Of a stretch of DNA of 53,863 bases, positions 1 to 9,600 are shown piece after piece. The first letter of the stretch is position 1, and every line of letters begins with the position of its first letter. The notes beneath the pieces were generated by a model, which saw only the letters and a list, made by a program, of their open reading frames with translations, made no database searches and was not told where the DNA came from. The DNA is taken from contig NKIB01013667.1 of NCBI GenBank assembly GCA_002256025.1, positions 1 through 53,863 on the forward strand. Direction: 5' to 3'. This DNA is from Asterionella formosa. Its lineage: Eukaryota. A program made the position numbers and the translations under genes.

Positions 1-108
1 TCGTCGTCCCCTTCCGCGACCTCTGCTGCCGTTGGTCCGCTGCGATCCAGTGGTGCCGTTCGGTGGCGCTGTAATGGCATTCTGTGCTGCTTCGCTGGCG
101 CTGATCAT
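1..108 (-). CDS. Possible 5' end of a gene or gag-like ORF running off the window (MISASEAAQNAITAPPNGTTGSQRTNGSRGRGRGRR...)
   Basis: ATG at 108-106, 36 open codons to the window edge, GC-rich coding-like composition, RG-rich tract. Confidence 0.3.
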   Translation of the reverse strand, partial: MISASEAAQNAITAPPNGTTGSQRTNGSRGRGRGRR

Positions 109-548
109 TCTGCTCCTTTATTTGAGTCTTTTTTATCTCGAAACAATGTTGCAAAATCTATTTTCCCCGACATACCATAGGCCCTGAACCTATGATTGTT
201 TCAAGAATCGGTTATATTCGATTGAGTTGAAGGTAAGAAGAAAGTCGGATCAAACTTCGTTCTTACTAACTGGATTGTTTCGAGATAATGATCTTGAAAC
301 AAATCTTATCTACTTCTGTGTGGTTGGTGTACCTCTACGCACCACCTCAGACCAAGTAAGTGGTACTGTCGAATCTTCTCTCCTTGTAACTAGTGTGCCA
401 GTATCGGTACCCGGAGTTCCTGTCCCACAGTTATCAGGTCGCCATTTTTCAACAGACATAGCATATATACCGGCATGGAAAACGCATTCGACGTTTTGTG
501 GGAGCTGAACTCACTCTTATTCCAACTTTTTTCTGTGTCCTGTGCAGA

Positions 549-1334
549 ATGAGGCTGCGAATAGATGGGATGATGGTGGTTTGCTTCTCGACAACTAATG
601 CGCTCAGTGGGAGCGCAATACCCAGGCGCGGCTTTCTCATTTCTGCTGCAAGTCAGATAATGGCATCTCCGGTCCTGGCTTTCGAAACAATAGGAAAGGA
701 CCCGAACTGTAACGATCGCAGCTGTATGGGAGTATGGGATGGATTACTGGCTGACTGTCCTCACAATGTTGAAGCAAAATTGGGAGGAGCATTGTGCGCC
801 TCGTCTCAAGACGACACCCCAGGCATTTTTGCCGAGCCTTGGGACTTCGGAGATTTTGACAATCTTGACTACGACGACCAAATGAAACGATTGGTTGTTT
901 CAATTCAATTGGTGAGTGCTAAACGCGGTGACACCGTAGATATTTTACAACGAGAAGGCCGTTACTTGCGAGCTAGATTTCGTGATGCCAAAACGTCGGA
1001 AGTAAGTGTTGGTGAATTTTACTTTACACCCAACGATACAACGGTCCAGTTTCGCGTTGCGTCTGTAAATGGTTCTGCGCTTTTGTCGCTTCGTAATCTC
1101 GAAAGATGTGAAATGATTCGCAAGCAACTAGGGTTTCAAAAGCTTCCAGTGTTGCGAAACAGAAAACAAGCATTTTTCTTCGGGGAGTCGGATTTTGATA
1201 CATTTGGTCCTGGAAGTGCAACTCTTGGGCCACCGGCAGATATGAGGACGGGTGATCTGGATGGACGTCAAGAGGATGATCCAAAAATTAAGATCGATCT
1301 CCTTCAGCTCTTTCCCAAGATTCCAGCACTCTGA
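549..1334 (+). CDS. DUF1499-family protein, probably plastid/thylakoid-lumen targeted
   Basis: Motifs CASSQDDTP..AEPW, YLRARF, GEFYF...VQFR, N..R.E.IR..LGF; N-terminal hydrophobic segment and RR (IPRRGFL) twin-arginine-like motif; first ATG at 549. Confidence 0.7.
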   Translation: MRLRIDGMMVVCFSTTNALSGSAIPRRGFLISAASQIMASPVLAFETIGKDPNCNDRSCMGVWDGLLADCPHNVEAKLGGALCASSQDDTPGIFAEPWDFGDFDNLDYDDQMKRLVVSIQLVSAKRGDTVDILQREGRYLRARFRDAKTSEVSVGEFYFTPNDTTVQFRVASVNGSALLSLRNLERCEMIRKQLGFQKLPVLRNRKQAFFFGESDFDTFGPGSATLGPPADMRTGDLDGRQEDDPKIKIDLLQLFPKIPAL

Positions 1335-1993
1335 AGGTGATAGATTCTAAATTACTCACTCGGATGACGAGTGCAATCACCGTGAGAAAAGATGTTATCG
1401 TCCGGCAGCTTGATTCACTTTATGGCTTTTGGAATATTGGACAAAAAATGGAAATGGATACTTGAAATGAACATAATTCAAAGAAAAATATCATCTAGAA
1501 TTAGGATGGCCTCTATTTGAGATTACTGGTTCAGCAATGCAAATGCAAAACCAGCTGTCTATGCTGCATGAACGTCCCTTCAAACTTGATTCCTTGATTC
1601 CCTCTTTACACCATAATGGTAAGCGTTTGTGAGTTAGCGACAATCGCCTGTGTATCAGGTTCCAGAGATAAATTAATAATGCCTGAACTGCAGTGATTGC
1701 TGAGCAGACAAAGTTGGCAGCTCAAAGACTTTGATCATCGATTTTATGGAATTTCTCACCAAAATCCTCGAAATAATAATAACTAAGATTCCTGCCAGTA
1801 AAAATAATCCGAACCAGTCTCTGGTTCCTTAAAAGGAATTTGCCAAGCAATTAGTAATAGAGAACGATTGGTCATTTGATCAATTCTACATAAGAATTCA
1901 ATGGTTGCATTCCAGATATCAGTGGTAATAGGTTGCAGCCAGTTCCACGCTCAAGTTTACTTAAAATTATTCAATGACGTTAAGATGTTGATT

Positions 1994-3484
1994 TTACGTT
2001 GATTGCTGGAAGTTGCTTTCAGTACATTCGAGCATTGTATATGCCATTTTCATTTGTGCCTTCATGCATTTCGCTGCCAGGGCATAGCCACCATCTGCTC
2101 CATCCACAAAATGTAGATGATCACTTTCATACGAGTTGATCATACAGGTTATCAAAGCAGAATCAGAACGATGAACTCCATAAAATAATAGACCAGCTTT
2201 TTTCTGGATTTCCAGCCATGAGGTCAAATGATCTGCTTCCTCCGTGGGCATGTCGACAACCATTCTAAGTGCTTCGTCAAATTTAAGATGATCAGTATTC
2301 TGCGACACATCTTGTAGATAAGTTCGTCCTGGAAAAAATCCTCCAATATTGAGTTTCCAGTAGCACAGGAACCTTCCTATCATGGAATCCAAACGCGCTC
2401 GGTGGAGTTTCTCAAAGTACTTCCATCCACCTTTGTTTTCCTTCGACAACAGTTTAGCTTCAGCTGAGAAATCTCCATTTATATCTTGGAACTGAAGATT
2501 CGAAACATTTAGAACACCAGAAGCATTACCAGAATTAACTTTCACTTTCGAGAACGCCGTTGAATACACACTTTCTCTTTCACTTACACAGTCCATGGGC
2601 TGTGCTTTGATAATAATTGAGCAGATGGTTCCATTTTGATTGTGGGCAGGTTTCCACCTGCATTCCAGACCCAGAAGATTCAACTCATCCAATCCCTTGG
2701 TATCTGGATTGTACTTTGCAGCTCCATTCTCGGACTTGATCCACTCTTCCGCTACAGCAATACCACTTCCTCGAAAACACGCGAATGGCGGACCACTGGA
2801 AGGTCTGTACTTTGCAGCGAAGACGGGATGTCCTGCCTTTTGCAGCTCTTGAACCGAGACACGACCAGTCCGCAATTTCAATTGAAAGTTATTTTCTGCC
2901 AACTTTTGCAATCCCCTCAGAGCGCAATCAACAGTTGCCAGCATATTAGTAGGAACTGCCAACGTCGCCCCATCTCCTCCAAAACAAAATGGCAATTCAA
3001 TCCCCGGAAGCGCATTCTTGATCCCGATGATGGAGGCCGCTCCCAAAGCATTGACGTCCTTGTAGCGGCCAGCTTCAATCGCTTTGGTGGACCCCACCAC
3101 ATCTGTTATGACAATCGTCCAATTGTCCGGTACAGGAACAAACGACCTTTCCAAAAGCACATCGGAAAACTTAGTGATATCTTTCATATTCTTGAAGAAA
3201 TCTTGATCAGTGGATATGGTTAGGTCAGTACACGTCTGATACTCTTTCGCTTGGGTAGCTTTCCTGGGGGTGGAAGATTCTTTCAAGCCAGGATCGTTGG
3301 TACTGTCGACCATAACAACATCCACAAAGTTGCCGGTTGCAGCATAAGCGTATTTACTGTTACTATTGGTGTGATCTCTGACAGTCGAATTCATAGTGTT
3401 CAAAACAGACTCACATATGTTTACCAAATGTAATTCGGGCCAGTTGGCGTTATGCTTCCTCTTCTGTTCAAGCTCGGTCGTCAT
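1994..3484 (-). CDS. DUF3095-family protein (nucleotide-cyclase-like N-terminal motif), bacterial type, intronless
   Basis: VP.NW.IVITDVVGSTKAIEAGRYKDVN..GAASI, PFCFGGDGAT, GLECRW, KFDEALRMVVD, YGVH....ALITC, HLHFVDGADGGYALAA. Confidence 0.8.
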   Translation of the reverse strand: MTTELEQKRKHNANWPELHLVNICESVLNTMNSTVRDHTNSNSKYAYAATGNFVDVVMVDSTNDPGLKESSTPRKATQAKEYQTCTDLTISTDQDFFKNMKDITKFSDVLLERSFVPVPDNWTIVITDVVGSTKAIEAGRYKDVNALGAASIIGIKNALPGIELPFCFGGDGATLAVPTNMLATVDCALRGLQKLAENNFQLKLRTGRVSVQELQKAGHPVFAAKYRPSSGPPFACFRGSGIAVAEEWIKSENGAAKYNPDTKGLDELNLLGLECRWKPAHNQNGTICSIIIKAQPMDCVSERESVYSTAFSKVKVNSGNASGVLNVSNLQFQDINGDFSAEAKLLSKENKGGWKYFEKLHRARLDSMIGRFLCYWKLNIGGFFPGRTYLQDVSQNTDHLKFDEALRMVVDMPTEEADHLTSWLEIQKKAGLLFYGVHRSDSALITCMINSYESDHLHFVDGADGGYALAAKCMKAQMKMAYTMLECTESNFQQST

Positions 3485-4689
3485 CAAGGCGACAATAAGG
3501 ACGCCCTGTTAATATTGCAAGTCAAGAAGACAGCGGGATTAGCTAATTAGAGATTTGCTATCAAGTCTCGCTCATGATCGAGGGATTACATGGTCTATGT
3601 ATTACTTTTGTATTATAAAATACCTAGAATATATAAATACTTTACACAGTACCTACCAGTTGTCTAGGGACTGTGTATGACGAGCTATATATACTAAACA
3701 GTATCTTTTGGCACCTGGTGCCAGGTGAGGTACAAGGTCCCATTGTTTACCCGGTACTCGGTGTACCCTTTACCAGCTATCGGTATAACAACAATTAAAT
3801 AAATAATGGGATACCGGTATGACATAAATGAATGATTCAGTACGATTTACATGTATATACCGGTACCGGTACTGCGTAGCCATTCATGAACAAATGTCGC
3901 TCCTTGATGGTTCTCTGTAGATCATAAACCAGTACTGGCACCAGGTACCGGTACTGTAGTGAACACACGGTTGAGTTTCTTAAAAATTAATTGAATACCG
4001 GTATGTAGATGATCACCTTCAAGAGCGACCTTTAGAAAGCAGCTGTTCTTAATATTTTAAAAGCAACAGTACATGTGTACATAATCTATACTGTACTTGG
4101 TGGACAATACAAATGATATATTTATTTATTTCACTAACGCGACAATACATACAGCACAGTATGATGCTTTCAGTTAGATCAATTTATATATTTACCGGTA
4201 TTTATATTTTTTTATTTTAAGATTTTTTATTACCTAAGTACTCGCTCATCGTAATACCTGGTACACACCGTTGGGTACCAGGGTAGTTCATCATGGGACT
4301 TCTCCCACACACAGTTTCGCACAAATGTTCGGACAGTCACGGGCCGGTTTTTCGGCAAAGTCTGACCTTCAGTTCATTCCCAGTTTCTCATGATTTAACA
4401 CAGTATAGCTAGTACTTCTAGGTTGAACTTGGAGTGAAGTTTGATCGTTTGAGGGTAGTAATACTTGTGGACAAATGGCCTTTTTTCTGCTAGTTGTTTC
4501 TCATGTCACTTTACACAGCCAGGTAAGGGTTGTCCAGATGGAATCTATATTTATGCACTTCGATGCAAACGATTACGTAAGTATCAGGTGTGTATGGGCA
4601 ATTTGAGCAACAAGGAACAGGAGGCAGTATCAAGCAAAAATGTATGCACTTCGATGCAAATAACATGAGTATCATGTGTATATGGGCAG

Positions 4690-5330
4690 TCCAGAGGGCA
4701 AAGGCTTTGATGGGGCAGAAGGTTGTGGAAGTGGAGCAACCATGCCCAATTTTTTCACCTTCGGTACCATTCTTTTGGGTAGTATCAACGGTGAGCAGGG
4801 ACATGAAGTCAGACTGTTGGAGAAGGGGTGAATCCAAACGGACTGGCTGGTCAAGGAGGTAGAATTCGACATTGGAGAGTTTGAAGGGCTTGTTGCCATG
4901 GGTAATGGTGTGCTTGCCGGCTGGGCCATCAGAGGAAGAAGAAACCAATAGTAATCATGTCTGCACTAAATTTGTCACAAACAGTGTTGCTGGTCCAGCA
5001 AAGGAGGAATTTGTATGAGGCCAGGGGGAGGCTAAAAACATGTATCTAGCTATACTATTTATTCTTACAATATTCCTCTCTAAGGGATAGGCCTGGAACT
5101 GCAGCTTGAGGGCAAAGATAACCTTTCCGTTGGGTTGCAACCGAGAATCGTGGTGACTGGGCACCAGCAGGGTGATTGTCTGGCCCACAGAGCGGAGGGA
5201 TGATTTAAAAGACTGTGCTCCCTTTCTTCTGGTATAGTTGCAACCAAACTTTATGGCTTGGCCAATCATGAAGCACAAGCCTCAATAATTCTCCGGGTAA
5301 CAGCTCCTCCTGTCAAAAATTTATTCTGAA
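4690..5330 (-). mobile_element. Degraded tyrosine-recombinase fragment of a DIRS/Ngaro-like retroelement
   Basis: Broken ORFs 4955-5278 (SLRSVGQTITLL...DSRLQPNGKVIFALKLQFQAY) and 4511-4948 (PFKLSNVEF...TTQKNGTEGEKIGHG...FCPIKA) resemble stramenopile YR-element recombinases; interrupted reading frame. Confidence 0.55.
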
Positions 5331-6098
5331 CCGAATGGTGCATATAATATATGTTCAAAGTAGTCTAGAGTTGCTTAGGTGAATCTGACCCCGACTTTTT
5401 GACGCATTTTCGTGGAATCGCGCCCCAATTGTAATGTTTGCTCTGGATCCCCCGTTTTTCATGACCGTTCGATAGTCAATAGACATAAGAAGCAGAATTT
5501 CACGCCATAAAAGCGACAAGAATGAAGCGCTGATCGCTCACTTTGCAACCTCAAAAGGGAGGCTGATGAGACCATCAACATGGATGGCTAGCTTGCCATA
5601 ATAGCTATATTATTCGACGTCTGTAGAACGAAATATTTTTTGTCCACAAACACATGCTTGTTAATTTATTTAGCTATATTTCTTTGGTAGTAATAGCCGG
5701 TTTTACATGCACATGGACAGGTCAGTGTGCTGGCCAACACAAATCCACATTTATCGCTATTTAGCGTTTTACTCTCCTAAACATACTAATCTAACTGGCA
5801 CACCTTTCGCCTGCATCGTCTTGTGTAGAAAATGCATCTTGTTTCTACAGAGGGCTTCTTTTAAGGACGTGGATTGAGCAGGCCAATTAAAAGAATTGTA
5901 GCAACTAAACCGGAATAGAGGGAGTACTACATATTTTGCTATGTAGTAGATTATTAAAATAAACTGTAACTGCGTATTTGCTATAATAAATGTGGCTATA
6001 GTACTAAATTTGAACCAGTAGATGAATGTAATACAATTGAATATAGAGAAAATGGTGTGTTTATACGTATACTATTCTATTCTATATAATACTACATT

Positions 6099-6475
6099 TG
6101 TTAAAAAGGATTGTACTCCTTCTGGTGGGCTGGGTCTCTTTACATAGATTATTACATGTCAGTAGCACTTCCTAGCACCACTTACTTTTTCTCTGCTCTG
6201 CTTCTAGCCTTCCTGATAGATAACTAATTGACCTTCCTGTCAATTCACACTCTGTTTCCTCAATTGATAATCTAAAATTGTAAGCTAAACTAAATGTTTC
6301 CTTTCCATGTATCTTTGCTTCCCACAAAGTCGTTCTAAGAATCTCCTCGAATTTCCACTTAACATTTCCATCATTGATCTTGTCAGACAGCTGATTGGCA
6401 TCGAAATGCAAGACTCGACTCAATTGATGACAATCGAGTCCACAATCTTCATGACTCCAGCTAATATTCTAGACA
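6099..6475. mobile_element. Solo LTR-like element, copy 1 (TGTT...GACA)
   Basis: ~377 bp with TG...CA ends; homologous in inverted orientation to 26139-26547; possible degenerate TSD acatt/gcatt (one-base offset). Confidence 0.65.
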
Positions 6476-6631
6476 CGCATTACTATATTATCGATCTCAA
6501 CTTCCCTGCATTCTTGTGCTTGTTCGTTCCTTTGTTCATGCATCATCTGAGGAACAGGCACATGGTTTCGCTGTTGAGCTTATCACTTCCCGTATTTGCC
6601 AGCAAGCAAAGGCTCGTATAACCTGAACAAG

Positions 6632-9600
6632 ATGAGAACGGTGTTCGACAATGCTGCCAAACTCGTGCGGGAGGCAGATTTAGTATTGACGACTGATATC
6701 AAGTTGACGTTGTATGGACTCTACAAGCACGTGACCTCAGGTCCTTGCCATGGTCAAGCACCCCCTATCTTCGCAGCTGAGAGGATGGCAAAGCACAAAG
6801 CATGGATTGCATGTCTTCACATGACAGAAGAGGAAGCGATGCGAGCCTACATTGATCTCGCTGCTTCCGTTGACAATTCTCCAGATCAGTGTCTGAAGCA
6901 GCTGCTTCAGGAATCCAATACAGACAACAAATGTCAACGAGAGGAGTCAGGGGAAGATGTAATGCCCTTGTCTCAAAATAAGACTCTTTTGGAAGCAGAA
7001 CCCTTTCGCTCGGATCCTACATGCGCTCCAAGCCAAGGCTTGCAGCAATCGATACTGCGGCCCCAGAAATTGGCGGAGTCGCTGCTCGCGTGCTTCGGTG
7101 TCAAACCAATATTCCCCCGGGGTCAGCTGGAGATAAGCTTTAGTGATCTGCGATTTGCTGCAGTTCAATGCCTATCCCTGGAGTCTTGCACAACACAATA
7201 TCTCGCAAATGAAGCGGAAATTACAAAGCGCTGGACAGCCAGCAGGGGCGATGCAAACGTCATTGTTGGCCTGTCCGTTCGAACACTCTTTGATCTATAT
7301 CTTCGATGCAAGGCGTATCCGGCGAAATCTGAAGTTATTGTAGTGCCGCCAATCAATATTCCTGGCATGATGGATATATTGAGATATCATGATCTCAAAG
7401 CTGTTGGCGTGGATATACCCAAATATGAAGGGAACAACCCGGTGATATGCATTGACATCAATGGAGTTAAAGCTGCAGTGACTGGAAATACTGTGGCCAT
7501 CATGGTTGTGCACCCATTTGGTATCATTAGCGCGTCGGAAAATGAAATGGAACAACTTTGTGAATTGGTAGAAGGACAAAAAATCGATGTGATTGAGGAT
7601 TGTGCGGAGTGCTTCACTGGTCTTGGACCTAGTTCTTACCTTGGAAGTAAGTATGCCGTCATTTCATTCTTTTCCTTTGGAACAATCAAGACGAGCACAG
7701 CTTTAGGTGGTGGTGTTGGGACTGTTCGTGATGAAAGTACCTTTCAGAAAATGAAACGAAAGCACATGCATATGTATAATCAGCAGAAGCAATCCACATA
7801 TTTCAGAAAAATTATGTTGGCGATGATTTTAAAAGCCATTGCGGGATCACCTGTAATGCATGGATTATTGTTCAAAATTATTAATTCCCTCCTTGGAATC
7901 GATACTGATGAGCTAGTGTCGTCGTTGACAGGGAGCTTTCAAATCAAACTCGACCACCAAGCTAAAGAGTGTGAAAACAAACCAGGAAGCACATTGATTA
8001 CTAAGATTCGGTTGCGACCATGCCCAGCGTTGTTGGCGTTGCTGAAACGTCGCTTGGACGAATGCAAGGTAAGTGCGCCGTCATGGAATGCCAAAAAGGA
8101 GAGATGCGAGTTATTGCGATCCTTGTGGACGAATTCTTCCTTCCAAATTGGCTTTCCAATTCCTTCCGCATCATCATTGCACACATATTGGTTGTATCCT
8201 GTGTTAGTGCATGATCCAGTTGTAGTATCTCGAGATCTTTTGCTTAAGGGATTCGATGTGCCGCGAGGTTTGTCTAAACTTGGATTGATCGACAGCGAGG
8301 CATCATGCCCCTTGGCAAAAGAAATGATGGCATCCATTGTCTATTTGCCAGTTTCACACCCACAGCTATCTGAAGCGTCAATGCGGGACCTTGTTGCTGC
8401 TATGGACGAGAGCATTTCAAAGCCTGAGCCTACACTACGAATTCTTTCTGAACGAACACAATCTTTGCATTTGAAACTCATAGTGACTGCATCGATGTTT
8501 TTTTCAATTCTAGCTCGATGCGCGTTCAAGCCAAAAGTATTGGGATATTCCGCAATTTGTATGGTTTCCGACGTGGCTGTATTTCTGTTGAGTAGTGCCA
8601 CTGTTGTTGGTATCATTGGGGCTTGCCTTCGATGGGTCGTTGCAGACTCGTACGTGAATACATCCAACTGCTTCGCCAAACACTGCTCGTTGCTTGACGA
8701 ATGTACAGCTGAAGAGTCCGTTACACAGCCACCACCTTGTGCCGCAAAATACCCGCTTAGCCCTAAATTCGGGTCTCTTACTAATCCCACGAGCGTTTTA
8801 ATTACTGGAGCAACAGGTTTTGTTGGCTCCTCTTTGCTTCACAACCTACTTAATCGGCGAAAAAGTCAATTATTTTCTGGTTACATAGTGATTCTCTGCA
8901 GACCAAAGTACGGGAAAAGTGTTTCAGAGAGAATTGAGAAGTTACTGGATCAACCGATGTTTTCCTTCATTTCGGTGGAAGAAAGAATTCGGTTTATCAA
9001 AGTTGTCATGGGTGATGTCTCAAAACCAAATGCTGGTCTTAACTCGAGTGATATGAAATGCTTGAGTGAAGAGTGGAATGTCGGGATCGTGTTTCATTGT
9101 GCAGCATCTGTCAGCTTCACGCAGAGTCTAGAGGAAGCAGCTTTGGCCAACATTACCCCTGCCCTAGCTCTTCAGTCATTTACGAAACGATTATTCCATC
9201 CGGAAGCAAAGTATATTCATATTAGCACTGCATTTGTGCACGGTAGTAAGTTTGGCACTCCAGAAGAACCTCTTGCTGAAAGGCTCTTTTCGCTTGGCCA
9301 GTACAATGCAGTGGAAGTTTACCGGTCAATGCAAGGGACCCAGTTCTATGCAGAGTCAGCCATGACGGACCTTGGCTTTCCCAACACCTACACTTTTAGC
9401 AAGTGTATTTGTGAACACCTTCTGCTTTCTAATGACGAAGGAGAGAGCATTATTATTCGCCCTTCAATTGTCGGTCCTGCTTTTCGCAATCCCTACGAAG
9501 GATGGGCTGGAGAAAGGCCATCAACTATTGTTGCTGCGGTGTGTCTCCAGATGAAATCTCAATGGAACATTTGGGACATGGGAAATGCAGATGTACCATA

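Noticed and set aside
2636..3223. 195-aa ORF antisense to DUF3095, and other short ORFs nested in real genes
   Set aside because: Overlap well-supported genes and show no motifs
6172..6423. Similar short ORFs at 6172-6423 and 26138-26359 (GNVKWK..E.LR.TL.EAK.HGKETFSLAYN)
   Set aside because: Translations of two copies of the same LTR-like repeat; non-ATG starts and indels between copies
6596..6631. TTG/GTG starts in the ORF track (498, 6596, 16072, 30371, 41828, 47202, 51354)
   Set aside because: Eukaryotic nuclear genes; the first suitable in-frame ATG was used instead
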